From a virus, in IMG/VR virus record IMGVR_UViG_3300045988_179183: a stretch of 64,000 bases of DNA; one strand, given 5' to 3'. The notes beneath the pieces were generated by a model that saw nothing but the letters and a program-made list of their open reading frames with translations, was not told the origin of the DNA and did no database searches. Shown here piece after piece: positions 47,411-57,865 of the stretch. Both the position numbers and the translations under genes were made by a program. Position 1 is the stretch's first letter, and each line of letters starts with the position of its first letter.

Positions 47411-49440
47411 CTTCCAAATAAACTAAGAATTGAACCTATTAATGATGTAGGATCCAACATCGCCGAAGCACGAGCGGCTGCCGATAATCTTTCACCCACC
47501 CCTCTGTTTTCATCCTTCATCAGAGACATTAAATCGTTTATCTGTTTTGCCCTACGTTCCGGATCATCGTATAAAAAGTTAAGTAACTCATTCATTTTAC
47601 CCACTATTGCATCTTTTAATGAGTCAATACCTCTTGTGATCTGTTCCTGTGTTGTTGTTAGTTCTCGTGCACGAGAATCTGAACTCGGACCTCCCCCGGT
47701 TTTTATTTTACTGATTGCTTCGTCTAAGTTACCCGATGTATATGCTCTGTAAAGTGCTTCAGTATCAGCATGAGATAATCCTGTTAATCCTTTAAGCAAA
47801 TATTTCGTGCTCACTTCATTACCACCAGATAGACTAGACGCTTGTGATAGATATTGGTTTAAAAATTGTGTGTTATTTAATGGATTCTCAGCCATCATTG
47901 CAAGATCCCATGTATTTGCATTCGGGTTAACCATTGCCGCTGCCCTGTATGCAAGCCCCCTTGCTAACGGATTCTGATTACTTCCGATATTCTGCAATCC
48001 GCCAACAATCCTATTTAACTGAGCACCCTGAATACCGCTTTGAGTTAAACCGCCGATAACCCCTGCAATGGCATTTTGATTAAAATCACCCCTTGAACTT
48101 AATACACTCTGTGCCGCACTTTGATACGCACCCAAAATTTCAGGTAATAACGCTAAATTTCCAAAACCATTCCTTGTAATTCGCGCAAGTGCGTTGATGG
48201 CGCCGGTCGCTGTTCCTCCTTGACCAAATCTACCCAAGGATAGCATTTGATCATATTGTCCATTATCAATCGCGAGCGCTCTTTGTTGCGCAAAATTAGA
48301 AAGTGCTTGCCGGGGTGAATAAAGTCTCCCGGTTGCTCTTTCATATGCGATCATGCGGGATGTTAATTCTCCCGATTTCAAACCCAATGCGATTGACTTT
48401 TCATCCCATTGAGTTACCATATCTCTTGCACGATCAAGCGATGTATCATGCATGACCGCCAAATCTCTTGCGCCAATCGCTTGATCGGAATATCTATTCC
48501 AACCCCACATGCTGGCCCCAATAATCGCCCCCGCAGTCAACCCTGCGGGTCCAAATCTTGAAATCATTCTGCCTATACCACCGCCAGCACCCGCAGCGGT
48601 AAGGGCCCCCGTTGTAAATAAATTACCCCAAATACCGCCTCCGCCTGACTCGCCAAGCGCAAATTGATCTTTTAATATATTAGCGGCCTCCTGTCTCCGT
48701 ATTATATCCCGTGCGTCACCGGTTCTTTTTCCTTCAAGTCTCGCAATCCATTTAGCGGCATCATCTTTCGATGTAATTCCAAGCCGTCTTACAAGCTCTT
48801 CCGCCGAATTTTTGGCGTCATTCTTCGTGTTATCCGCTATCTCACGGAGTAACTTAATAAGTAAGGCGTCTCCCTGGCGATCCGCCTGTATAGACCTCAA
48901 TCCACTACGATACTGTTCCCTACTCAAATACCCCTGATCATATCGTGATCTTAATTGAAATGCACGTTGAGTTTGATCAATTCTACTTTGCCGCTCAAAT
49001 TGCTTGATTTTTTCGTTAATATTCGAGCCAATATCACCCCCAGCCCCCAGAGCGCTCGATGCCATTTCGGAATAAAGTTCACGCGCTCTTTTACTGGGTG
49101 ACATGTCACTTTCAAGCATCTCGCGGAGACTCCTTACCTGTGCGGTGTAATAGGATCTGTTCGCCTCGAGTCCTTTGAGGTTCGATTTATATTCCCTCGC
49201 AGAAATTGCACCGCCCTTAAATTCAGCCTCTAATTCTTGTCTCCTTAAAGCGTTCGCTTTTTGATTTCTTGTTTCAAGTAAACGAATCTGTTCCGATATA
49301 TGTCGGTTAACATCACGTAAATCCTTCGCTTGTTCACGGGCGTTTTTAGCGAATTTATCGTATAATTCAGCAGCACTCTGTCTCAGTTCTTTTACCCTTG
49401 AATCATCGACCTGAATTTTAACCCTGGCATTATTGTCCAT
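47407..49440 (-). CDS. Tail tape measure protein
   Basis: Coiled-coil-rich N-terminal half, Gly/Ala-rich hydrophobic middle (GGGIWGNLFTTGALTAAGAGGGIG). It follows the two chaperone-sized genes. I prefer the start at 49440 (MDNNARVK). Confidence 0.7.
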   Translation of the reverse strand: MDNNARVKIQVDDSRVKELRQSAAELYDKFAKNAREQAKDLRDVNRHISEQIRLLETRNQKANALRRQELEAEFKGGAISAREYKSNLKGLEANRSYYTAQVRSLREMLESDMSPSKRARELYSEMASSALGAGGDIGSNINEKIKQFERQSRIDQTQRAFQLRSRYDQGYLSREQYRSGLRSIQADRQGDALLIKLLREIADNTKNDAKNSAEELVRRLGITSKDDAAKWIARLEGKRTGDARDIIRRQEAANILKDQFALGESGGGGIWGNLFTTGALTAAGAGGGIGRMISRFGPAGLTAGAIIGASMWGWNRYSDQAIGARDLAVMHDTSLDRARDMVTQWDEKSIALGLKSGELTSRMIAYERATGRLYSPRQALSNFAQQRALAIDNGQYDQMLSLGRFGQGGTATGAINALARITRNGFGNLALLPEILGAYQSAAQSVLSSRGDFNQNAIAGVIGGLTQSGIQGAQLNRIVGGLQNIGSNQNPLARGLAYRAAAMVNPNANTWDLAMMAENPLNNTQFLNQYLSQASSLSGGNEVSTKYLLKGLTGLSHADTEALYRAYTSGNLDEAISKIKTGGGPSSDSRARELTTTQEQITRGIDSLKDAIVGKMNELLNFLYDDPERRAKQINDLMSLMKDENRGVGERLSAAARASAMLDPTSLIGSILSLFGR

Positions 49441-49732
49441 TTTGTGCCTCCTGCATCTTTTGTAAAAACTCTCGTGCTTCTGCTGCACGATCCTCGGGTG
49501 TTCGATCTATCTTCCTTGATTTCAGAAAATCGCATTCATTTGGTTTATACTCATCGGTATCCTGAATCTCATTAAACAATCGATCTTCCTCCCATTCTAA
49601 CCGCATATTTAAAAAAGAAGATTCCCTATGTTGTTGCGACATGAAGGGAATCTTATGTTTTTCTCTATACCACCTGTCGATCGGAAATTTGAGATTCCAT
49701 TTTACCATGAACTCTCTAAACTCATTCGACAT
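49430..49732 (-). CDS. Putative tail assembly chaperone 2 (100 aa)
   Basis: Position between the tube and tape measure genes. Confidence 0.4.
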   Translation of the reverse strand: MSNEFREFMVKWNLKFPIDRWYREKHKIPFMSQQHRESSFLNMRLEWEEDRLFNEIQDTDEYKPNECDFLKSRKIDRTPEDRAAEAREFLQKMQEAQNGQ

Positions 49733-49737
49733 GGCCG

Positions 49738-50082
49738 TTAAATTTTCATCAACTTCTCAATTTCATCTGCGAGGGGTTTCACATCCCGGTTAAAGGCCTC
49801 CTTGATCACCGCGAAATCTTTCAAACCCAAATCTCTGATTTCACACTTCAAATCTTCCATGAATTTAGGACACAACACCCTCAATGTCGCCTCGATATCA
49901 ATGATATCTAACGCATTCATCGCACTGTTTGTTGCTGACGTAACCAAACTCGCGTACATCCCGTTGGATAACATCTGTTTGTAAACTTCAATATCCCGGT
50001 ACTGTCCGACTGTGGGTAGATTGATCTCGTACTCGTTCTGAACAGTCGATGTCTTAACTTTAAATAAAATTTTTTCCTTCAT
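49738..50082 (-). CDS. Putative tail assembly chaperone 1 (114 aa)
   Basis: Position directly after the tube gene. Confidence 0.45.
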   Translation of the reverse strand: MKEKILFKVKTSTVQNEYEINLPTVGQYRDIEVYKQMLSNGMYASLVTSATNSAMNALDIIDIEATLRVLCPKFMEDLKCEIRDLGLKDFAVIKEAFNRDVKPLADEIEKLMKI

Positions 50083-50094
50083 ATCTGATTTTTA

Positions 50095-50580
50095 TTAACT
50101 CATTGTCATGGGAGTCTTGTATCGACCTGAAATATCCGTTGTTGCAATACCACCTGTTGCGACACTCCATGACATATTTTCCATGACGCAATCGCGTGCC
50201 CTCATGATGGTGTTTCCCGTTGTGTCCGTTTCTGTAACAAGACGGTTTGTCTCATCAACACCCGTTGCCTGTTTACGATACACAACAATAGAGAAAGTTA
50301 ACGACATCAATGAGATGGTATTGATAACTTCGTCAACGGATCCGTATCTATTCAACATTTTCTTAAACCAAGGAGTATCAAATCCTATAAAGAAATAGTT
50401 GCTACTGAAACTACAATCAACAGCAGTCGGTACAAATTCATTGACCAATAAGTCACCGAGACCCCTAACCGGAGTTAAGGTGGTCTGTTCGGTGAACTGA
50501 ACCTGTTGCATTTGACCAACAAGTTCATTATCTATATAAACTGCGGCTTGAGGTGCCCCGAAAGATTTAATCGAATCCAT
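50095..50580 (-). CDS. Putative tail tube protein (161 aa)
   Basis: Size and position directly downstream of the sheath-like gene. Confidence 0.55.
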   Translation of the reverse strand: MDSIKSFGAPQAAVYIDNELVGQMQQVQFTEQTTLTPVRGLGDLLVNEFVPTAVDCSFSSNYFFIGFDTPWFKKMLNRYGSVDEVINTISLMSLTFSIVVYRKQATGVDETNRLVTETDTTGNTIMRARDCVMENMSWSVATGGIATTDISGRYKTPMTMS

Positions 50581-50584
50581 TTAT

Positions 50585-52246
50585 TTAGTTTTTAAATACA
50601 AATCCGGTGAAGAATATCTTATTAATCTCATTATTAACAACAATACCGTACGTTACCCAGTAATAATCATCTTTCTTCGTCACAGTTACGTTACGATAAG
50701 AGAGAATCAGATTATCGGTATTCGAATTGGCGGTTCTTGTTAAGAGATAATTCTCCGTCCAATTTTTCAAAATACCCACACTTAATGTGTTCGCATTTAC
50801 ACCGTTCTCGGCACCCAGCAAATCGATCTCACTGTTCACAATCAATTCTTTGTTAATCTGATCAACGATTCTCATGAATTGAATTGAGAATGATTCCCCG
50901 TTTCCTGTGAACAACACTTGATTATCCTGCAATGTGTTTATACCCTGAAGTACAACAAATTTCTGAAGACTTTCGTTATAAACAGTGACGAGCACACCCG
51001 CATCAAGAGCTTTTTTCTTATCTGTTTCAGTTAATTGGTGTTTTAGCTTTGAAACCCCTATACTCTTATTTGTAACGGGAATTTGAGGTGCCTTACCTGC
51101 CGTGCGACCGATAATACTACATAAATTATACATCACACCCCACCAACGGTATCCAATTCCCAGTGCGGTAGAAGGCATACCCACGCCGCCATGAACGACA
51201 CAAACATGAGATGAATTGAATCCTTGCGCTGCCTCTAATGATGTCGAAAAATCTCCCTGATCTTCTCCCACGCCGATAAATACTTGTTTTTTAAATTTCG
51301 CCACGTTATTAACATGAGCAATTAATGCGTTATTCATCGCGCTATTATAGTTTTGTGTACCGTACTGATCCGTGAAAACAAAACTTTCATCCAAATTCAC
51401 GATAGCAGAGAGAACATTATCAAAATATTCACTATTATACGTTTCACTACCGCCTGTTGCCGCACTGTATTTTGTAAGTACCGTTATATCCTGCTTATTG
51501 ATTGCGCCAGTACCTGTCGCTGTCGATGAACTATCCAACATAAACAATTGATTGAACGCTGAACTTGATCTGGCCCAACTGATCAATTCATTCATGTTAT
51601 TAAATTCAGGTGATTCAATAATCAATCGAGGTGCCGCCGATGCCGCGGGAACTTCGTTAAATGGTACACCATCGGGTGCCAATCCCGTAAATGTTCCTCT
51701 CCAAATTTGAAAAACATACTTCGAAGGGTCAAGTGTTCCCGAAACAATTGAAAACGCGTACCCCGTCGTAAGTTCGTCGGTTGCAGCTTCTCCCGCGGAA
51801 TTTAAACCATTTGCATTGAGACCCTCATCTAATGTGATTATCTTAAATACCCCACCATTAGATCCGCCCCCGGTCGCGGTAAATGTCATTGTTGCTGGTG
51901 TTGTTGAGGCTGCTCTCACGAACATAAGCTCGGAGATACCAACAGCCGCGGGGTTACTAGCATCCGGAAAAAAGAGTGCGTTTGCCAGTTGCCAGTACCA
52001 TCCACCTTTAACAAAGGACCTAAAATCTTCAATATTATCGAACCTATAGATGGCATTTTTCCCGTTGGCATTTTTCCCGTTAATTCCCGCTCCGCCACCC
52101 CATTTTGCACCAAGCACACCGGTATCAATTATCAGACACTTACCATAGTCAAGTGCACGGGGATCGTTTTGCTCCCCGGCTGCAATCGTTGCGTAAGCGC
52201 CCGGCAAAGTGATTTTTTTATTATTAAAATATACTGATATTGCCAT
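50585..52246 (-). CDS. Putative contractile tail sheath protein (553 aa)
   Basis: N-terminus ..ITLPGAYATI.. resembles the sheath PGVY motif. Size and the sheath-tube-chaperone-TMP order support the call. It has its own promoter-like motif. Confidence 0.6.
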   Translation of the reverse strand: MAISVYFNNKKITLPGAYATIAAGEQNDPRALDYGKCLIIDTGVLGAKWGGGAGINGKNANGKNAIYRFDNIEDFRSFVKGGWYWQLANALFFPDASNPAAVGISELMFVRAASTTPATMTFTATGGGSNGGVFKIITLDEGLNANGLNSAGEAATDELTTGYAFSIVSGTLDPSKYVFQIWRGTFTGLAPDGVPFNEVPAASAAPRLIIESPEFNNMNELISWARSSSAFNQLFMLDSSSTATGTGAINKQDITVLTKYSAATGGSETYNSEYFDNVLSAIVNLDESFVFTDQYGTQNYNSAMNNALIAHVNNVAKFKKQVFIGVGEDQGDFSTSLEAAQGFNSSHVCVVHGGVGMPSTALGIGYRWWGVMYNLCSIIGRTAGKAPQIPVTNKSIGVSKLKHQLTETDKKKALDAGVLVTVYNESLQKFVVLQGINTLQDNQVLFTGNGESFSIQFMRIVDQINKELIVNSEIDLLGAENGVNANTLSVGILKNWTENYLLTRTANSNTDNLILSYRNVTVTKKDDYYWVTYGIVVNNEINKIFFTGFVFKN

Positions 52247-52275
52247 TGTATACTATTTTTAAATCTAATCTTCGT

Positions 52276-52292
52276 GTCATAAAGATAAAAAC
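52276..52292 (-). promoter_or_regulatory. Short promoter-like motif, late-type variant (GTCATAAAGATAAAAAC)
   Basis: About 33 nt upstream of the sheath ATG at 52246. Confidence 0.4.
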
Positions 52293-52295
52293 TTT

Positions 52296-52514
52296 TTAGC
52301 AGTTACGGAAATTAAAACCGTTTTTTAATAGAAAATTTTTCCACTCATCGATCGTTCTACCGGGTGATTCGGGTAACATGTTATATAATGTCATCCTCGT
52401 TATACCCGAGATATGAAAATGATTGCACATTTGAGATAGGGTGTACAATCTTTGATTCTCTTGTTGGGGCGCCATGTTTTCATGGGCTACATTTCCTGTT
52501 CTTTTCTTCGCCAT
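52296..52514 (-). CDS. Hypothetical small protein (72 aa)
   Basis: ORF in the array. Confidence 0.4.
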   Translation of the reverse strand: MAKKRTGNVAHENMAPQQENQRLYTLSQMCNHFHISGITRMTLYNMLPESPGRTIDEWKNFLLKNGFNFRNC

Positions 52515-53278
52515 ACTGTTTTCTCAACCAATAAATTCTGATCTTCCTCGCTTAACACTGGGCCATCATTCTCCTGTAATATCGCCTTGCGAGTTTTTTC
52601 TTCTTCCTTCTCCTCCCGTATCTGTGTACGTGTTTCAATTTTCGCCTCAAAACGTATACTGTCAAGATACATCTTTCTCTCTATCGATGGAATGAAATTT
52701 GATCTCTGAAGATCTAATCCCACCGTTCTTATAAATGTGGGGTAAGGATTTAATTCCGAATTAACCAACATCTCCCTAAGTGAAAAGCTCACTTTTTCAT
52801 AGTCGCGTGCAAATGTATTATACGCACCCACCAATAAGCCGTACAAAGTATCAGAGATTGTCAGTGTCTCCTTGTAGTTTAAACCCACGCACATCAAATC
52901 ATAATTAAAACGCTTCGAATCTCTGAAAACTTGCATCTGAGCCCCACCTGATAAGGAAATTACCTCGCTATCAGTTGCTCCGATTATATTTGTATCACCA
53001 TCCACCCGGGACGGTTCACGAAGCACGATCACAGGCAAAATGGTGGTATCTTTCGGAAATTCAAGTTCAACGGTTAACATGTTTCTCGATGATTCTCTTC
53101 GAAGAAAAATCTCTTTTGCCATTAAATAAAATTCCTCGACATCACCATCTCTTTCGCCTAAATGAATGAACTGATATAACCACGAATCTTCTTCGTTATC
53201 AAATTTATCAAAATCTTGCTTCACCCATTCTAAAAGTGCTTGCACTATACCCTTTAAGTTATATATCGGACTTATCAT
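52487..53278 (-). CDS. Hypothetical head-tail joining/neck protein (263 aa)
   Basis: Position between the capsid and sheath genes. Confidence 0.4.
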   Translation of the reverse strand: MISPIYNLKGIVQALLEWVKQDFDKFDNEEDSWLYQFIHLGERDGDVEEFYLMAKEIFLRRESSRNMLTVELEFPKDTTILPVIVLREPSRVDGDTNIIGATDSEVISLSGGAQMQVFRDSKRFNYDLMCVGLNYKETLTISDTLYGLLVGAYNTFARDYEKVSFSLREMLVNSELNPYPTFIRTVGLDLQRSNFIPSIERKMYLDSIRFEAKIETRTQIREEKEEEKTRKAILQENDGPVLSEEDQNLLVEKTVWRRKEQEM

Positions 53279-54048
53279 AACCCAAAAAAATTATCAATCG
53301 CCATCGCGACTGTCGTTTGTATATTCATATTTGAAAGAGCTTGGCCCATAAAATCATGTCTCTCGAAACCCTTATTCCACCATGATAGAGGATCACTCTT
53401 ATCACTAACACGACGGAAAACATAATACCCACCTCTTTTCTCCTTGTTCGTCGACGATATATCTTTCCGAATCAAACCCGCATAAACCGATACCTTGTGT
53501 TTATATTCTTCGACGCGCTTATTCATCCTCTCTATGGTAGCTCTTTGATTCGTGCCATTAAAAGGTATCGGAAGATCCGTCTGACGTAAAGGTATCGTCG
53601 ATTGTTTTGCCAACCTCTCTATCTGTTTAGGTAAAATTCCCGCGAACGCACCCGATTCTGCCAACGCCTCACTTGATGCGTATCTGAATGGAATCGTCAT
53701 ATACCAACCACCGCCCTTTTTCATTTTCTTTTTAGGAGATTGGCTGAATCCGATCTTCTCATCAAAAGGTTCATGACCAACCTCCAACATTAAAGGTACC
53801 GGGTTTCCTTTTGAGTAATTTAATGTGAAAATGGCTTCGGTTGATGATATCCTATCGAATGACATTGCTCTTAAATAATCAACTCTCGTTGATCTAAGAT
53901 TCTTATTCACAACATTCGTCCATTCTTCTGAATACCTTTGAACCAATCTATCAAGAACAAATGATGATAACGCGGACATTCTATCGGCTGTAAGTGCAAG
54001 TGATGCACCTACCTCGCTTAAATCAATATACACTGGGAGTGGTATCAT
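53275..54048 (-). CDS. Hypothetical neck/head-completion protein (257 aa)
   Basis: Position, with 4-nt overlaps to neighbours. Confidence 0.4.
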   Translation of the reverse strand: MIPLPVYIDLSEVGASLALTADRMSALSSFVLDRLVQRYSEEWTNVVNKNLRSTRVDYLRAMSFDRISSTEAIFTLNYSKGNPVPLMLEVGHEPFDEKIGFSQSPKKKMKKGGGWYMTIPFRYASSEALAESGAFAGILPKQIERLAKQSTIPLRQTDLPIPFNGTNQRATIERMNKRVEEYKHKVSVYAGLIRKDISSTNKEKRGGYYVFRRVSDKSDPLSWWNKGFERHDFMGQALSNMNIQTTVAMAIDNFFGL

Positions 54049-54809
54049 AACTCACTACCTTTTATGGTTTGATTCGATTCATTCACAACAAAATTCGCTC
54101 TTCTCGCGATTGCTTGCACGGGGAGGTCTATCTTTTGTAAATTCCCGTTTTCATCCGTTTTATTGCTCGCTCTAATTTCATGAGGTAAATCAATAACGTT
54201 ATACTGCACATAATGCTTATAATACACGGAAACAATATCACCCTCTTTTAATCCTGCATTAGCGTTGAAGAATAGGGTATATTCATTATTCTCGGGATCG
54301 GTGTAATAGGAGTCGGGTGTTAGATTTTGAAGTTGGCCATTCCCATCTATCACGCTTAATTGAAATAATTTAAAGGGTTGGAATGTTAACCATACAAATA
54401 ACATCCCATTGAAAGCTCGAACAACACGGTTCTCAGAAAATATCCCAAACTTTTCTTTAAATGTTAATTTATCAAAAAAACTGAAGTTCAACCCCTCATC
54501 ATACGTTGAAACCGCAATGGTACCAGCATTATCCATCGTCCACTCTCGGTATTTCGTATTAACATTAACACCTGTAATTAAACATATTACCTCGGTTGGA
54601 TCAATATAATAATAACCAGTTCCCCCACAATAAGGACACGATGGATTCGGGTGGCCCGCATCCATTCCACAAGGACACGCAACAGCCCGTTCCTGATATA
54701 TCCTATACCCTTTTTGAGTAATTGCCGCATCAAACGCACCCTTATCAAATTCAGGTGACGGATATCCCGTCGTATTAGGCGACTGCTGTAACGTGTAATT
54801 TTTGCTCAT
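54045..54809 (-). CDS. Hypothetical structural protein with a DnaJ-like zinc ribbon
   Basis: CPCGMDAGHPNPSCPYCGGTGYYY (CxC...CxxCxGxG). Position in the neck gene run. Confidence 0.4.
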   Translation of the reverse strand: MSKNYTLQQSPNTTGYPSPEFDKGAFDAAITQKGYRIYQERAVACPCGMDAGHPNPSCPYCGGTGYYYIDPTEVICLITGVNVNTKYREWTMDNAGTIAVSTYDEGLNFSFFDKLTFKEKFGIFSENRVVRAFNGMLFVWLTFQPFKLFQLSVIDGNGQLQNLTPDSYYTDPENNEYTLFFNANAGLKEGDIVSVYYKHYVQYNVIDLPHEIRASNKTDENGNLQKIDLPVQAIARRANFVVNESNQTIKGSEL

Positions 54810-55603
54810 AATACCTCAAATTGTAGCCCCTTGTAAATACCCTCGATCCGTTTCACTGTTTCGGTAATTTCTTTCCCATAATTGATTAACCTCGCGTTAT
54901 ACCCCGCTGATGTTGCGGATGCCGTTGTTGAAATTGATTGACTCAAACCATCAATCGAAAGACTCTGACTCGCAACACCCGCAGTTCCGAGAATCAAATC
55001 ACCCGCTATATTTAGCGGCCCGAAAGTTGCAAGTTTACCGATAATCCCGATTAAATCCCACGGTAAATTATCAAGATCAAATCCCGTTATGTACTGATAG
55101 TTCCAGTAATCGGGTATGTTACGAAATCTTTGAATTCCAAGTTGTGTCACAATACCCGTTAAAATAATATCCTGATTCGCCGCCATTCCACCTGACCCCG
55201 TCGGAACTATACTTATACGTCTTCCCCCAATTTGATCAGGATCCTTCGCATATGATAACCATTCAACGGGATATCTTACTTGTTCAATCGTTTTTAAAAG
55301 ACCAATCAATGCAAGAGGTCTTTGAACTATATACTTCGTATTGATTATCGGGAATTGCTGGCTATAACTGTCCCAGTAATAAGAAGATGATTCGGTTATC
55401 AACTGTTTGATAATTTTCACGGAGAACCAATTTTCAACCGTTTTCTGAGCTTCCCTCACATAATATGTATAGGCTTCATCAGAGAATTTAGTGCCATTCG
55501 TCGCATTAATCTCAATACCATACAGATACAGGGTTATCACCTCCGCCGGTGAAAATAATAACCCCGTATTCTTCTTATATTTTATAGACAGTGTGAGTTT
55601 CAT
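54806..55603 (-). CDS. Hypothetical structural protein (265 aa)
   Basis: Position. Confidence 0.4.
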   Translation of the reverse strand: MKLTLSIKYKKNTGLLFSPAEVITLYLYGIEINATNGTKFSDEAYTYYVREAQKTVENWFSVKIIKQLITESSSYYWDSYSQQFPIINTKYIVQRPLALIGLLKTIEQVRYPVEWLSYAKDPDQIGGRRISIVPTGSGGMAANQDIILTGIVTQLGIQRFRNIPDYWNYQYITGFDLDNLPWDLIGIIGKLATFGPLNIAGDLILGTAGVASQSLSIDGLSQSISTTASATSAGYNARLINYGKEITETVKRIEGIYKGLQFEVL

Positions 55604-56190
55604 TACTTCACAGACATAAGTAATTCGATGATATCATCCTTCGTTCTGAATTTTCCGTCAACCATCAATTGATCCTCGCTAATTCCAAGTTGTTTAGCCA
55701 TATCAATTAACTCATCTTTTTTCTTCTCTTTCAACCGTTTTAGAATTTCATCGTCTTCTGTCTCTGTATCGGGTTCAGTTTTCCCGGGTTTAGTATCAGA
55801 CCCTTCTTTTTCAACTTCGGCTGATTTATTAAGAATTTCACCCAGCAACGTTGGATCGATGTGTTTTTTTAATTTCTCACAAATTCCTTTCCATAAAACA
55901 AGCTCCTCGTTGAGTTTCTGGATCTTTAAATTCAGGCCCATAATTTCATTCTTCAAAAAGCCCGTTTCTGCCTTGTATCCCGCCACTCGTTTTGAGAGTT
56001 CATTTTCAAGCATCAGTTCTGATTTTGTTTTATTTGACGGAACGCCCCCTTCAATATAAATGGGTAGGCCTGATGATATAGCTTTCTCACCTAACTCGTC
56101 GGTTACATCGGCAATGCCATTAACAAATTCGATATCTTCATCAAAGATTCTAATCGTTTGATTTCTATACACTTGAGATTCTATCTTCAT
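55603..56190 (-). CDS. Hypothetical coiled-coil protein with a C-terminal HeH/SAP-like motif
   Basis: DELIDMAKQLGISEDQL...DDIIELL. It is preceded by a promoter-like motif. Confidence 0.4.
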   Translation of the reverse strand: MKIESQVYRNQTIRIFDEDIEFVNGIADVTDELGEKAISSGLPIYIEGGVPSNKTKSELMLENELSKRVAGYKAETGFLKNEIMGLNLKIQKLNEELVLWKGICEKLKKHIDPTLLGEILNKSAEVEKEGSDTKPGKTEPDTETEDDEILKRLKEKKKDELIDMAKQLGISEDQLMVDGKFRTKDDIIELLMSVK

Positions 56191-56221
56191 ACTTTAAAAA
56201 TTTATTGTTAACATAGATTCA

Positions 56222-56240
56222 GCTATAAAGGTAGAAAAAA
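56222..56240 (-). promoter_or_regulatory. Short promoter-like motif, late-type variant (GCTATAAAGGTAGAAAAAA)
   Basis: About 35 nt upstream of the ATG at 56190 and downstream of the capsid-gene terminator. Confidence 0.35.
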
Positions 56241-56250
56241 ACTTTCCATT

Positions 56251-56284
56251 ATCAAAATAAAAGGGAGTGATTTTAATCACTCCC
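56251..56284 (-). terminator. Putative intrinsic terminator after the major capsid gene
   Basis: The minus strand reads GGGAGTGA-ttaaaa-TCACTCCC followed by TTTTATTTTGAT. Confidence 0.65.
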
Positions 56285-56314
56285 CCTTATAACTACCAAT
56301 ATTTAGCAACGAGA

Positions 56315-57835
56315 TTATGCTTTCGGTCTCCCGATGTTGCAAATTCTCACGAATTTACCGGGAGCGTATAATACCGGCGTACCGTAGTTCAAAATGGAGA
56401 AACGTCTACTTGGAGAAGTGATCGCGTATTCCATTTTCATAGTATCGGCTAATTGCAAGTATTGGATCAAAGAATCATCCATCTTGAATACCAATGCCGA
56501 ATGAGTGCCTGCGATAGAGCGGTTTCTATCACGAACCGCACCAGCGGCGGCTCCATCATACCCAGAAGCTAACGCTGCTGCCGGGATTTGGAAAATCGGA
56601 TAATAGTTCGCCGTGTTCGGATTTGCCGGGTTTGCCTCCGTACGATAAATCACAAATGCTTGTGTCGGGTACGTTGAATTGATCGCGGCGGTAAATTTCA
56701 AATCTACCGAATCAGTTGCAGTCACAGCTTGAGCCGCATCGTTCAATTTCGTTAACGCACTCTCACCGTAGCGGTTTTTAGCTGCGACGGCGTATAAATA
56801 CGTACCCGCATGATTCGTGAATTTCGTTTTTGAATCAGCTGCAACAATTTTAACAGCGGCTGATACGTCTTTAACAGGTGCTGCCGGTGCCTTATCGTTT
56901 GTTGCCGGTGAATTAAATAAACGAGCCGGTTTGCTATCAAAGAACGGATCCGCCATGAAATCAATGTCACCGAACTGGGTTGCAACACTGGTAACCTGCA
57001 AACCTGCTCTCGCGTTCATCATGCTGCCTGACACTCCATTAACATTCAGAACCTTGTTTTCAGTATGATCATTCACATAATCAGTGAATACAATCGGGTT
57101 TGCGATAATCTTATCCGCGAAACCGTAACGCAAGTTGACAATCGTGTTTGTTGCTTCCTGCATCAAGAAATCCGTTAAGATACTACCATCGGCATTAACA
57201 ACTGCCGGGTCAGCGTAGTAAGTGTCAAGGATACCTTCAGATGTCTTTCCGGCCATTCCGCCATAAACATCGAGAATACCTTCAACGTGCTGTTGCCAGA
57301 TTCCTGAGAATTCTTCCTCGATGCAGCTACTGTCGAAATTGGTCAATGCAACATCCAAGCTTTGTAACAATAACAAAGTTTTGTTACGAACTTCGAGTTC
57401 AAACATTGAATCACCCTCTGCTGCAATCCGCACCAACGTTGCGGGATGTGTAACCTGACCGCTCACACCCAAGAATTTCGTGATGATCGGTTTGCGTCTG
57501 TATTGTGAATCAGTGAATTGAGGAGTTTCTCCCTCAAGATTAGCAATACCGACATTGTTACCGTATTTCACCAACTGATTGTATTGATGTACGGTATTAT
57601 AAATTTTTTTCTTTCCGATGTTTTTCCAGAATACCAACTGTTTTTCAGTATATTCCAACACCTTGATAACGCCATCCAAAGACTCCACTTTCAAGCCACC
57701 TCCGTTATTCAGAGTGTTGGCATATTGCATACCAGTCATAAGACCGGCTTCCATCGCCTTCAGAATATCCGCAGTTAAGAACTCTCCGCGATCGATCCCC
57801 GGAGCAACTTCATTTAAACCAATTTGTTCTAACAT
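56315..57835 (-). CDS. Putative major capsid protein (506 aa)
   Basis: Protease-scaffold-capsid gene order, followed by the strongest terminator in the window. No sequence motif could be verified by eye. Confidence 0.55.
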   Translation of the reverse strand: MLEQIGLNEVAPGIDRGEFLTADILKAMEAGLMTGMQYANTLNNGGGLKVESLDGVIKVLEYTEKQLVFWKNIGKKKIYNTVHQYNQLVKYGNNVGIANLEGETPQFTDSQYRRKPIITKFLGVSGQVTHPATLVRIAAEGDSMFELEVRNKTLLLLQSLDVALTNFDSSCIEEEFSGIWQQHVEGILDVYGGMAGKTSEGILDTYYADPAVVNADGSILTDFLMQEATNTIVNLRYGFADKIIANPIVFTDYVNDHTENKVLNVNGVSGSMMNARAGLQVTSVATQFGDIDFMADPFFDSKPARLFNSPATNDKAPAAPVKDVSAAVKIVAADSKTKFTNHAGTYLYAVAAKNRYGESALTKLNDAAQAVTATDSVDLKFTAAINSTYPTQAFVIYRTEANPANPNTANYYPIFQIPAAALASGYDGAAAGAVRDRNRSIAGTHSALVFKMDDSLIQYLQLADTMKMEYAITSPSRRFSILNYGTPVLYAPGKFVRICNIGRPKA

Positions 57836-57865
57836 ATTTTATTTATTTATTCTGATTCAATTTAA

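Noticed and set aside
49725-49745. Programmed -1 frameshift joining the two tail-chaperone-sized ORFs (G/GT-like)
   Set aside because: The second ORF has its own ATG 5 nt after the first ORF's stop. I found no X_XXY_YYZ slippery heptamer in the zero frame near the stop (..ATG AAA ATT TAA).
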